NCBI GenBank assembly: GCA_048772705.1
Contig: JBLWGC010000035.1
Location: forward strand, 62,001 to 126,000
Length of the DNA stretch: 64,000 nucleotides
Reading direction: 5' to 3'
Source: Leidyana gryllorum EB-2025a
Taxonomy: Eukaryota > Protista > Apicomplexa
This document shows, piece by piece, positions 1 through 12,187 of this stretch. Below the pieces are notes generated by a model, which worked only from the letters and a program-made list of their open reading frames with translations, did not search any database and had not been told where the DNA came from. Every line of letters starts with the position of its first letter. The first letter of the stretch is position 1. The translations under genes were made by a program, and so were the position numbers.

Positions 1-237
1 AAGTTGAAGAAGATGCAGGAATTGTTTGGCGAGGAGGATTGCGACACTGTGGCGGCTGGTTTGGAGTCGATAAGGCTATTGACGGGTGTGGAGTTCCCGG
101 ACGAGTGGTTGGAGGGTGAGTGGGAAGTGGCCGAATGGGACTTGAAGGCAGAGAAAGAAGCGGGAAGTGGAGGAAGAAAGCAATTAAAAAGCGCTGCCCC
201 TACAGGTGACCCAGGAGTGTCGGAGGTCCCAAACTGA
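1..237 (+). CDS. 3' end of an unknown protein running in from the window edge
   Basis: Open frame from the edge to TGA at 235-237; acidic, protein-like sequence; no recognisable motif. Confidence 0.55.
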   Translation, partial: KLKKMQELFGEEDCDTVAAGLESIRLLTGVEFPDEWLEGEWEVAEWDLKAEKEAGSGGRKQLKSAAPTGDPGVSEVPN

Positions 238-242
238 GAGAC

Positions 243-1655
243 ATGGCGCCTTTCGTGTGCATGGCCAGTTCGCCTGGGCAGGGGCATATCAACCCGTTAC
301 TGTGTTTGGCGGAGCGGTGCGCGGAAAGGTGGCCAGTGGTGGTGATCATACCTCTGAACAAGAATCTGACAGTACCGACAGTGACGAATGAAGCCATTAG
401 AGTGGTGAAATTGGAGCTCCCAGAACCCCGTTCAGCGGACGATGTGGTTGCCGCGTTCCGATGGCCGTTTGTCGAGAGGAAGCGTTTGGCCCCATTGCTC
501 GCTGAGGAGATTAAACAGTGTATGCCTGCTGGAACTCCATTTTGCGGTATCTTTGACATGTTTGCTTCGTGGTTCACGGACGTTTGCGACTTGCTCGAGA
601 TTCCCTCGTTGATCTCCCATCCGTCACCAGCTTTCTTTGCATTGGCGCAACTGAACTACTGCAAATGGTCACAGCTCAGCGAGGCTCCGGCCGCTCTGGC
701 GAAACAAGTCAGTGGCCTCAACGAAGCCAAATCCGCGGACTTGCCTTGGGAGTTTATTCGCAACGCAGATTATCGAGCTGTGACTGCAGACTCTGTCAGT
801 GAATGGCACAAAGCCTCAGGAATTCTCATCAATGACATCGACGATTGGTACGATGAGGCAGTTTTAAAGGAGATGCAGACCCTCGCCCCGCCCGATCACC
901 CCCATCCCGATAAATGGCGGGGGCTGCTGGTGGGACCTCTCGTCTTAGAGAAGAAGGCGCTGGTCACAGCCCCCCCCGCAACAGCGGGGCTCATCGGAGC
1001 GCTCACTGAGAGTCGCGATCCGGTACTGATGTGGTTGGATGAGTTTTCGCCTGGATCGGTTATATACATCTCCTTCGGAACTATCTTCATGCTCCCACCA
1101 AAGAAGCTGCACGTTCTGGCTAGAGCCCTACAGGAACTAGGCAGACCTTTTCTGTGGTCCTACAAACCCCGCTACGGGCAGATGATGATCAGTGTCGACG
1201 AGAATGGATGCGATATCGACGACTGTGCACCCGATGGTTTGCCTACGGATTTTCGGAAGAACGTAGCTGGTTTTGGACGAATCGAACCATGGGTCAATCA
1301 GAAAGCCGTCTTGCGCCATCCCTCCCTCGCTCTCTTCGTTTCACACGCTGGCTGGAACTCATCATTGGAGGCCATCGCAGGGGCCCTCCCAGTGGTTACT
1401 ATCCCCTTCGATGCTGATCAACGTATGATCGCTCACTTTTTGGAGGCGCATACCAAATCGAGTGTGCGCCTCTGCAACCGCGCACTGGACCCCGACCCGA
1501 CCTTCGACGTTCAATTTCTCAAACTGAGGATAACAGAAGCCCTCAAACACCCTACTTTGCGTTCAGCCGCTCTCACAGCACAGGATAAACTGCAAAGCGC
1601 TATGCAAAGAGGCCATCAGGACTTCCTCGCCTTTCTCAACACCTTTGCCCCTTAG
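243..1655 (+). CDS. UDP-glycosyltransferase, GT1 family, plant-like PSPG box; intronless, 470 aa
   Basis: N-terminal GQGHINP catalytic His, IFDMF Asp, and 44-aa PSPG motif WVNQKAVLRHPSLALFVSHAGWNSSLEAIAGALPVVTIPFDADQ. Confidence 0.93.
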   Translation: MAPFVCMASSPGQGHINPLLCLAERCAERWPVVVIIPLNKNLTVPTVTNEAIRVVKLELPEPRSADDVVAAFRWPFVERKRLAPLLAEEIKQCMPAGTPFCGIFDMFASWFTDVCDLLEIPSLISHPSPAFFALAQLNYCKWSQLSEAPAALAKQVSGLNEAKSADLPWEFIRNADYRAVTADSVSEWHKASGILINDIDDWYDEAVLKEMQTLAPPDHPHPDKWRGLLVGPLVLEKKALVTAPPATAGLIGALTESRDPVLMWLDEFSPGSVIYISFGTIFMLPPKKLHVLARALQELGRPFLWSYKPRYGQMMISVDENGCDIDDCAPDGLPTDFRKNVAGFGRIEPWVNQKAVLRHPSLALFVSHAGWNSSLEAIAGALPVVTIPFDADQRMIAHFLEAHTKSSVRLCNRALDPDPTFDVQFLKLRITEALKHPTLRSAALTAQDKLQSAMQRGHQDFLAFLNTFAP

Positions 1656-1683
1656 ATTTTCAATCCTGACCCCAAAAAAATAA

Positions 1684-2672
1684 ATGAAGGGCCCTCTCCG
1701 AGCCGATGGAGCTGAGGCTCTCAAACACGCCCAAACCGTATTGAAGAAACGCGATAGAGACCTCGAGGCGCAAGCGGCTCGTTCTCGAAAGCTTAAGCAG
1801 GCAAAACAACTCGCCCGTAAAGAAGTTCAGGTCAAAGCTCCAGTCTCCCTCGAGTCATTAGTCAAGAAGGCTATATGGACCAAGATTGACCGCAAAAGGT
1901 AGGGAATTACAACACTCGCCACCCGAACCATATACTCATTGCGCTCCCGCCCTCTCAGAACCTTGAGAACCTCCAACATCAAAGCCGCTAAGCAGGCCCG
2001 AAAATCTAATGAAGCCGGCTGCGTCATAGCCATTCGCAATACCGAGAAGCACAAAGCGAAAGATACCAAAGAGATCCTATCGGTAAGGCCTTCGTCCCAA
2101 CAATTCAGATATAAACCCTATTCTGGCAGTCCCTCAAGCTTCAACGGTTTTACTCCGGAGCTTTCATCCGCAATACTCGTGAGAATCTGGCTCTTCTCAA
2201 GCGAGTGGAGAAGTTTGTCTTTTGGGGCTTCGCCTCTGCTGACTTGATTCGTCAAGTACTCAAGACTCAGGGTGCCGTTCGTCCCGGTCAGGATTTAGAC
2301 GAGGAAGATGCCAAGGCTAGCTCCAAGCCGGAAGTCAAATCCGAGAAAAAGCCCACCAAAAACATAAAGGGTGCTGAGTCTGATGATGACGAAGAAGACC
2401 AAGAGGATGACATGATGATGGAACCCAAACAGTCAAGCTCTGCCAAATTGCTCAACAACTTGGTCGTCGAGGAGGCTTTTGGGAAGTACGGGCTGTTAAG
2501 TGTAGAAGATGTGGTGGATCAGCTCTTCAGGGGAGGGGATCACTTTGATCACATTCAGTCCAAATTAGCTCCACTGCAGTTTGAAAGTTTGAGAAAAGCT
2601 GAAGGTATCAATCCTGACATTCGCAGGGGATATCAAAGTGCCTTCGAAACTGTTGTTGCCAAAATCGTTTGA
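1684..2672 (+). CDS. Ribosomal protein L7-like (uL30 family, RLP7/RPL7L1-type) ribosome biogenesis protein; introns 1899-1958 and 2083-2129
   Basis: Spliced product has ...VIAIRN...ILSSLKLQRFYSGAFIRNTRENLALLKRVEKFVFWG... and NNLVVEEAFGKYGLLSVEDVV, typical of L7/L30. Confidence 0.82.
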
Positions 2673-2920
2673 TCTGTCTCCCCATCATCCGTTCATTCCC
2701 CGCACACGCGTGTGCGCTTCGGTACAAACAGACATTGCCCGATGGATAATTACGATACCACATTGACCACGTCCGTTCTGGACCCACAGAGAGTAACTAA
2801 GGTCGATGAACGAGTAAAATGTAAAGCTGCGATTATTTCTGGGGTTGGACTTCCTCTCGGCCAGGGGGTTGCTGGGCTGATGTACGTGTGTGTATTGCTG
2901 CTAGTCATCACACCGCCACC

Positions 2921-3904
2921 ATGATGACAATGGTGTTTATGCATCTCATCATCCTTTTATTGAGCTTTATGGGTCGAGTCCTAGGTACCACAAGGAGCGA
3001 CAAACCCGACCATGCACCCACATCCGGCACTCTGTGTCTTAGGGCCGAGGGGCGCCTTGAGACCCTTTCATCCTCCATGATGGCCTTCTTCGAGAAATCA
3101 GGATGGATCAACACCGTGGCTGGGTTCTTCTTCCCGTTCATACCGTCACATAGCAACGTTCCGCGAGCTATCTGCGAAAGCCGAGAGTGTATCAGTCAGC
3201 AACTCAGGACATTGGCAGATATGATTGATCAGATTGATATCAATGTATTGCTTGCTGTCCATTTCCCGGCCCAATTCGAGCGCAAGATATGGGAGATAGC
3301 AGGTTAGCCCGGAAAATCATTCTCTCACTCCAATGTTTCACCGATCACAGAATGGAATGGTTACACGCAGGGAGATGTGCAGAGAGCCAAAACTCCCTGG
3401 GAGGAGCGACTGAAGGCCATGAGGGCGATCTCGACCCGCGAACCACCCGCCACTACCACAGAAACCGGTCCTCCTGACGCTGAAGACACGGTAACTGGCA
3501 GCACGACCTCTCCGTTACCCCCTCAGGCCTCCAGAAGCCCAGTTGATGATTGGCTGCGGAACCCAATGAGCAATCGGCTCGCAGCAGCGTTAGAGCGCCA
3601 TAAGACTGGTTCTTTCTGGCCGGCTATCCGATTTGGTATCTTATTCACTTTGGTCATTTACGGTGCAGGTTTCTTATTTTTGACGGCGCACAAAGCTCGG
3701 GAAATGCTATCATCGTCTCCACAACATTCTCCCAAGCAGACCGGCGGGACACAAGCGATGCCGGCCTCCTCCCCGGACGCAGCTCCACCTGACGACGGCC
3801 AGCCCTCACCCTCACCTCCAGATGATCCAGAAGAGCTGGTAAAGCCCGTCGTTGATGATGATGAATTGGACAAGAAGACATCCTTGCATTCCTTAGACCC
3901 GTGA
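2921..3904 (+). CDS. Hypothetical membrane protein (signal peptide plus one TM); intron 3303-3350
   Basis: Hydrophobic N-terminus MMTMVFMHLIILLLSFMGRVLG; a 48-nt GT-AG intron joins two same-frame ORFs; TM FGILFTLVIYGAGFLFL. Confidence 0.6.
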
Positions 3905-3929
3905 GTGAAAGTATGTCGCTTCATGCAGC

Positions 3930-5519
3930 TTAAGTAGCCACCATCAAATTCTCCGCTCGGAACACATTGAACCCATCAGCAGCAGTACTGATCACCATAT
4001 GCTGAATCTGCTTATGCCATAAGGCCGCCGCCACCTGATCCTGACCCTGATGGGTGAACATCAGCTGCTTTGGGTAAAAGTCAATGCCCTCAGCCTCCAT
4101 GTTGCTCTGCCCTTCTGCTTTCTGCTCAACGGCTTCTACGTCCATTGACCAAATAGATAGACAGTTGTCGTAACTCGAAGCCAAAAACATTGAATTGTCA
4201 GTAGGATGCCAATCCAGTACCTGAGTAAATAGTGTGTTCGGGGGAGACACACTCATGTTTGTGACTTACGTTGATCGCATCCCGGTGCCATCTCTGTTTG
4301 AAAAGGGTGAATTCCGGTACTCGGATATCGCGCAAACAGATCACGCCATCGTCACCACCACTAAGTATGTGGTTGGTTTCCTCCAAGGGCCGGAACGCGA
4401 CGACGTTCACATCTCCGTTGTGAGCATTGGGAATCTGCAAGGATAGAAATATGACTTGAATACCTTCAAAACTCATAAACTCACCGTAGCTACGCATTTG
4501 TTCACTCTTAGATCCCAGACTCTGATAGAGTTGTCAGCCGAAGCACTGGCGAAGATGTGAGGCGCGTCTTTTTGCCAAGACAAACCCTCGACGCTACCAG
4601 TGTGGCCCTCGAAGGTATGCTGGCATGTGGCTCCCGAGGCGGATATTTCCCACAACCTGACTGTCTGATCCCTAGCGCCGGTGATGAGTTGCTTTGAGTT
4701 CCCTGGGTTCCAGGCCATTGCAAAACCTTCTGAGCGATGGTCCTTCATCTCACAGAAGGCCGCCTGGCGAACGTCCGCGAATTTAGAGGGCTGTTCCAGA
4801 ACCTGGCGGTGCGCACTGATATTATAAATACGAACAGCCGCATCATCTCCAAAGGTGGCCACAATATCGGGCAGATCTGGATTCACTTTCAGGGTATTGC
4901 AGCTGTAGTTGGTTTTGATGTGGGAGTGGTTCAGTACAGGATTGCCGGCTCCACCCTCTTCATCATCACTGTCATCGGACTCGTCGTCTTCCTCTAATTT
5001 CCACGTTCTTCGGATATTCGAGCATTTCGCAACATAGATAGCATTCTCAGATGCCGTTTCAGCGGCTGTGCCGGCCACAATGTGGAAGGTGTGGGGACCT
5101 TCAATCTTCAATGCCCCATCTTTGCTCGGCAGAATGTCCATAGCCATGCAGCTGTGGCCCAAACCGAACTTATAGTACGTGTCGTATGTACTGGGGTCGA
5201 AGACCAGTTCTTCATCTTCCGCCATAGTGTCTATACCCGGGCGGTAGATTCGCATGGGTCCACTCATTTCGTCGTCCCCAGCATTGAGTGCAGCATTTGC
5301 TTCCGCTTCGCCGTCAGCGTCGTCCTCGTCCTCCATGACTTCCTCTTCATCGTCTCCATCGGAAACTAAGAGCTCGTCCTCCTCCTCGGCCGCCACCCGC
5401 TCATCGCGCATCTCCAGGTCGTCAGCATCTGCGACTGTGGGAGTAGTCGGCTGATTGGGGCGACGTTTGGAAGGCGAGGGGTTGTTGACCTCAAGACGTC
5501 GTTTAGTGGGAGATGACAT
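3930..5519 (-). CDS. GRWD1: Glutamate-rich WD40 ribosome assembly protein (GRWD1/Rrb1); introns 4435-4484 and 4221-4269
   Basis: Acidic N-terminus, EELVFDPSTYD, WD repeats (GHTGSVEGLSW, AHNGDVNVVAF) and C-terminal PKQLMFTHQGQ...WHKQI...STAADGFNVF. Confidence 0.9.
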
Positions 5520-5574
5520 ATCCCAGTAAAAACCGTCAACAGGAAAAAAAACTATCTAAGCGAAGGTCAGAGAC

Positions 5575-8500
5575 TTAAGGCTTGCTGGCACCCGAACATT
5601 GAGCTAGACGAGTCGGACTAGTGTACTTGGGCGTGCCATCCACTGACCGCCTCGGCTTCTCCACCTCCATTGCCGGAGGAGCTCCATTGTGAAGCTCCTC
5701 GCTTCTCGAGACCATCAACTTGGGCCTGGCAGGAGTTGTCTGCGGACGAGCCGGGGTCGTCTGAGTCATGCTGCGAGTCGCGGCCAGCACCTCTGCCGTG
5801 GGCGTACTGGGAGGGGCTGGAGCTTTAGGGGGCCTCTTGCTGGCTGTAGGCGGCGGAACCGGTGGTAACGGTGCCGAGGTCGCAGCCGTGGTGGCCGGGG
5901 TGGATCCTGAAGCTGATGTTATAGTAATTATTTGAGGGGCTGCGGCAGCAGTAGTCGTCGCCCCGATGTCTGCCGGTTCACTGCAGGGCTCCAACCCAAC
6001 ACCGACCTCACTCCTCCTGGACACTGGAGTGTTGTTCTTGCTTCCACCGATAGGCTGAGGGGGAGCAGCAGCAGTGGCTCGAGGAATACCGCCGGCCGCC
6101 GCCGAAGTCGCAGCCGCCGCCTCTACCTGTGGTGGAGGAGGACGAGGGGGAAGTTGAGGTTGAGACTTCCCTATAGTCTCCGTTCGTAACAAAAGTGGCG
6201 CAGCAGCTGCCACTTCTTCTTCATCCGTACCCGTGCGAATCAGCAACCTCCGTGTGTTATTGCAGCTGGTCGAGTCGCCGCCGCCTCCGGATGTTGTCAC
6301 TGCTGTCTCAGATTCCAGTCCGGATTGCTGTTTACTGCCAGCAGCGGCAGTAGTCTCGTTAGGGTTACTATTGGAGGAGGCACCGCCTCCAGCAGCGGCT
6401 GCAAGACTTCTAGAGGCCGAAGACGCAGCAGCGCCACCAACACCACCAGAAGCAGTCCCGCCGCTGTCTGCACGTGGAGTAAAGTCCGACGACCCCGTTT
6501 GCATCGTCACATCCTTCAACACGGCAGTCGGATTCTTTATCCAGATGTGTGACGAAGCTTCTGTGGCCGTCAAACGCTTTCGAGGATCGATCTGCAACAA
6601 CTTGCAAATGAAGTCCTGCGCAGATCTCGAAACGTTCTTCCACGCTGAACCTTCGAATTTGGGGGTATAGAACTTCTGCAAAGACAAATGTGCTCCCACA
6701 AAGACTCACTCAGTAACTCACCTCGCGCTCGGTCAGAACCGAGAGACCCGAAGCTCTGATCATGGGAAAGGGTAACTTGCCGCATAAAAGTAGATACACG
6801 ATGACACCAAGTGACCACAAGTCCACCTGATGGTTGTACCCCTGCAGTGTCAGTACCTCAGGCGCGACATACACCAGGGTACCACACGGCTGGTACAACT
6901 TTTCCAGCGGCCCACAAATACACGATAGTCCGAAATCTGTCATCAAGAAGAGTCTGTTGTTACGCTCACGCACTCACCAGCGATCTTAATGTCCGCCTGG
7001 TCGACATTTCGAGAGGTTAACAAAATGTTCTCTGGTTTCAGATCTCGATGGACAATGCCTGACTTGTGGAGATATACCAGCGTGCGAATCAGTTGCGCTG
7101 TCAATCTATTCACAGTCATCTCATTCAGTCGTGTACGGGTGGATATGGCGTCGAACAGTTCCCCACCCGGAACAAGTTCCATAACAATGTGCATAACCTC
7201 CTTTGACGCTACGAGCGACTAACAAAGATGTGTTAAAACCTTCAACGAACTTCCAGCGAGTCACCTTTAGGTATATCACATGTGGATGTCGCAGTAGACG
7301 CAGGATGGCCATCTCAGAGCGCAACAACTCCTTCTCGTGGGAGTTCATTCGTGATTTATTGATTACTTTCACTGCGTACTCTTGTTGAGTGCTCTTTTCC
7401 GTAGCTCTGTACACAACGGAGAATTTCCCCTGACCGATAATTTCATGCAGCACAAACAAATGCTCGATTGGCTGCTGATTCAGAGTTGATCGCAATGCCG
7501 AAACCCAGCGGTCTCGGGTCTTCTCATCCGCTGCATATAAATCTCTTCGACCAAAACTTCCTCCTGCGTGAATGATGCAGAAGCCAAAGAGACCCGCAGA
7601 TCCTGGGCCTCCTTCTTTTCCCTCTGCCAAATTGGCTGGCGTCGCCACAGGATCCACGAAACAGCCTTCCAAGAACACAAAGCCCTTGGGAATATTGTCA
7701 TCCTATATGTGTTCAATCCATTCTGGAAAGCCCACTAGCCTTGCAACACTTACCGGCTTGGCATAATAATACAGCAGCTTGTCCACTAATACAAAGTGGC
7801 GACACACCCAACGCTGGGTGTGCTTCCCGATCTTCCACAAAGTGCCTTCCATGATGGCGTCGTGTCGGTCAATCAAATCAATAGCCTATCGTGGGGAGAC
7901 ACTCATCATCCACAGCGTCCTCGGGCACATCGCGTTCACTTACTTTCGCGAAAGGCCACTGACATATCCAGCAAGCTGTGAATTGTTTAGGTTGTCCATC
8001 GAGACAATGAACACATTCTACACACAATCTTTGTGATTCCGGTTCAAAGCGTAGTACCGGGAACCTTCTTGCGCATTTCGGGCATCTGAAAATACATACA
8101 GCCCGTCACATTCAGTACTTATCAATCAGCCACACACGTGTGTGTGTCTCCACACCACATTTTACGACAGACCACGAAACGGAAGGAGGAGGCTTACACA
8201 AGAAGGGGGGACAGGCACTGTGGACAGCTGAGGGCGTCTTTGCGCTCCTGCCACAGACTAGCGCTTTCAGCCTCGGCTGGCGCTGATGTTACCGGCAACG
8301 AGGGGTCGGTCGGCACGGCTGGGGCCGCCGCCTCCGGCTCTTCCTCGTCGCAAACTAGCTGTCCTAGGGAGACTTCCAGAAAGTCTAGAACCTCGCGCGA
8401 GCCTGAAGAGAATCGGGTGACGTCTGGATGGCCGAGTTCAGGTCGGTCACCTGCATATCGGCTATGGCGAGTATATACAGGATCAGGATTTATGGGTACA

Positions 8501-10550
8501 TTATCTTCTTGTTGGTCCGATTGAGGGGGAGGGTTGAGCCCTGGTCGTTGAGTTGAGGCATAAGACTGTTGCCTCGGGGCTGCTTGGTTGAACAGTTGTT
8601 GTAACTGCCCAGGTTGAGGATGATGGACTCTATATAGTCTCTATGGGCGGCACTCACCTTGATCCAACGCTCCAATTGGATCATATCACCCGTCTCGACC
8701 TTGGACTTGTCTGGTCCAGGAACGCAGTGGGTTGAAGATCCGGTCCGCCTTTGATGAGGATGGTTGAGAAGGTGGCGTCAGGGGCACTTACCCCTGATTA
8801 AGGTCGTTGACGTCTGGGGCACGTCCCGATATAACACTGGCGGGGCGAGTAGGACGCGCACTGGGCAGCAATGAGCTGGGGCCACCTTGTCTTTGAGGTC
8901 GGTATAGTGCGTGTCCATGGAGGCCCCACACTTCCTCTTGGAGGCACTCGGCAAAAAGTCGAAGCAATCCGGAGTAATGTTCCATGAAAGAACGAAACTC
9001 ATCCAAAGACAAACCGCTATCGTCTGATGCATTGTACGTCTCCATGATAAAGTTGACGATGCCTTCCAGATCAACGGCCGCGGCCTCCTGCTGCAAAAAG
9101 CGTCATCCAGTTCCCGCCCTCTGAGTCTTACCTGAGCCTCAGCCAAGAGTTCAGCAATCATTGGGCTCGGCCCCGCACCCAAGACATACCGCTCTTCTTC
9201 CTCCTCAGGCGGGGGATAGTCATCAGCTCGCGCTATCGATCGGATTGTTGTGTGTGTGCGAACTCAATTTGTTGGTAACACTCACGAACGTGTTCAGACT
9301 GCCGAGCGCGAGGACTGTTGCGGGACGAGGGGGCTTCAGACAGGGACGTACGCCAACTCGTGGTACTGCAAAATCGAGGGACCTGTGCGATGTGGTTTGG
9401 AGATTGGAAGGATCGGAGTTGTTTCATACTTGAGGGAGGGTCGAGGGGGGCAGGGTATGGCACTCTATGGGTCTCTTGTTAGAAGCGGAGGGTTCCACTG
9501 GAGCTCCTCTGATCCACGCTCTCATTTGACTGCTCAGAGATGAGGCATATGAACTGGAGGAATCTTCCGAGTCGGAGCCTCTGCGGCGGCCACGACCCTT
9601 CCAGTACAGTTCTTCCAACGCGGCGCCGGCCGGTTCGCTCTGTGCCGCCGCCTGACTGGAATCGGTGGCATTCCCGGCTGTCGGTTGAGAGTCTGGGACC
9701 GGTAGGTGGGAGTCTACTGTGGTTCCAGGCAGCTGGGACTCCAGAACAGATTTGCTGTTGGCGCGCGATAACAATCCCACGTTCCCACGACTCAAATACT
9801 GTTCCACTGAGGGGACATTGGAAAGAAACAAGGCCAACTCTTCGCGACTGATTCGTTCATCTCCGTCCAAATCGAACATCTGCAAATCGGTCACAGTCGA
9901 CGACGAAGGAGCTGACTGACTGACAGACAGACAACTCACGCTGAAGAGAATTTTGATGCGTTCCGTCTTAGTGCCACGACAACAGGCAGCCAGTCCTCGC
10001 ATCAGCGCCTCATAGTTTATCCGGCCCAGTTTCTGACGCGAAAGCGAAACTCAATGATCAATTGTGAAGACTTTATACCTTGTAATCGAAGAAAATGAAG
10101 AGACGCTCGCCCCAAAGCACCGGCAAAGGGAAGTACTCGAGGAAGGTCGCTTTGTCCAATCCTTCGGCAGGAGATCGGGTGTTGAGCTCCTTATAGATCT
10201 TCCGAAGGCAACTCAGTTCGTCAGCATCGAATTTACTCGTCACGCTCGTAGGCAGAGAGAAGGATTCCTATTCATAATAAATGTCGGCTGGCTACTCACT
10301 CCACAAATACCTCGGGTTGAGTCTTATCTTCCTCGGGACTGGAGAGTGCGACAGATTCAGCATTATTATCTCGTATAGCTTCTGTGTGTTTGTCACCGAT
10401 TAGTTTGGCCAACTTGGCAGCGAGACTCCGCAGACCTCGCCGTTGCTGTGGCAGCGCAGCCACAGTTGGTGGAGGAGGGGCAGTTTGTTTGAGAACCGCT
10501 TTCAGTGAGGGGGTCTTGGGGCTGGCTAGGGTATCACTTGTTGGTTTCAT
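5575..10550 (-). CDS. CDPK7: Calcium-dependent protein kinase of CDPK7 type (N-terminal EF-hands, PH domain, kinase, low-complexity tail); multi-exon
   Basis: Spliced N-terminus [17 protein letters not shown]...[21 protein letters not shown]...[26 protein letters not shown]; PH segment (FLEGCFV...[18 protein letters not shown]); kinase motifs [30 protein letters not shown]. Introns include 10268-10310, 10033-10078, 9880-9939 and 7219-7264. Confidence 0.85.
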
Positions 10551-10635
10551 GTTCAAAATCCATACAGGCCCCAATCCACTGTCTTAGCACATTTTCATTC
10601 TTCTTCCATCGCCCAATTCTCATAATTTCTTAGCG

Positions 10636-12160
10636 TCAAATACCTAGCAAAGCTCGAATACCATTCCGAACCACAAAGTGCCCCACTACTCCAAGTCTCC
10701 CTAATCTCAATCCCCATGACCACCGCGATGGACTCTCAGCTGCATAACGCTCATCACCTGCCCCATCAGCCACCTCCACCTCCGCCAGCCACAACTCTTT
10801 GATCACACCTTCCCCATCTGGCAGGAAACATGAGGCTGGCGACCAACCGCTTTGCCTTGTGTCCGGCAGCCCTTTCAGCACTTCCTCCGGAACTACTTGC
10901 AGAAATCGGGGAACGGTTGACGGCACCTCCCGCGGCCTCCGCCCTTTTTGGCGCACCTTCTCGGCCATGTCGCTTAGAAGTCGTTCATTTGTCTTCAATA
11001 GAGGGACCAGTGTTTCGGTTATCATCAGTTGTGGTGATTCAACCAATGGCGCTAGATTCCACTCTGCTTGCTCCTCCGCTGATTCATACCTTGACAACAT
11101 GTAGTTCTCAATCACCAACTTCCAGTCATCCCCCAACAAGTGAAAGAACGATGCCATGTTTGACACAAAATACTGTGCGCACCAACGAATGACCAAGAAT
11201 ACGTCTATGAGAGTCACTCACAGTGCTCACACTAGCCCACTCAAATGGGGCCAGACTTCGAACCATTGGGATATGATCAAACACTGAGAACCGTAAAACT
11301 TGCTCATACCAAGTGGGTTCCCGGCCCAGTAAAGTGTACGCTAGCTCACTATTTCTGTGAGCGTTGTTCGGCGAGAAGCGAATGATCAAGCTCAGCATAT
11401 AAGCCGATAATAGGACGAAACATGCGCGCTGCAGACGGAGATGTAAACATTAGTGAGCACCACACACGTGTGGTGGTCGGTCGAAAGACTGCTCACCTCG
11501 ATGTAACCCCGGAAGCTTGCCCCCATCAGCTTCCCAATTAAGCCTCCAACAACGCAGGAGAAGGCAAAGTTCGGTATCGAACGTATAAGGGATGTCACGA
11601 AATACATGATGGTCTCGCTCTCGCTCAACTTGGTGACTGATGAATGTCATCGTTTCTGTGATCCTAATCAATTCACAGGAGAAGCCCACCTGTTTTCAGA
11701 TCAATGACGTCGCCAAGGCGATCATATGTATCTTTGCGGGCTGAATCTTTCAGTATATCGGCAGCCCATCCAACTTGATGGTGCATGAACTTTGCCTCAG
11801 GTCCGCTATTCCTGTCCTGGATGTGATAGTATAGGTGATTTACCGCGAGTCGAGCTGCTCACTGGATGGTATTGAGCCAGTCCGCGACGACGTGCGCGCT
11901 GGACTTCAGCTATATCCGAGTTGGGTGTCAGATTCAGAATCACATATGGTTGGGTCCAAAACCTATCAGGACTTATGATGCCCTTGTAGGTAGTGTAGAC
12001 TTCGATAGCGAGGAGCAGCGCAGTGCCCAATAGGAGTCCTGATCGAAAACCATCAATCAGCGGATCCGAGTCCCATCAGCCTACGTTTGAAATTCCGGCC
12101 ATCCTTCTTGCCCACGACAGCTCGTAAACCGAACACCAGTACGAGCAAATGCAATAACAT
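10636..12160 (-). CDS. Membrane DnaJ (J-domain) protein, probably secretory pathway; multi-exon
   Basis: Hydrophobic N-terminus MLLHLLVLVFGLRAVVG; J domain PYVILNLTPNSDIAEVQRARRRGLAQYHP|DRNSG...ILKDSARKDTYDRLGD with HPD split by an intron; further TM segments. Confidence 0.72.
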
Positions 12161-12187
12161 GACCCATAAAAAATCACTGTGTCACTC

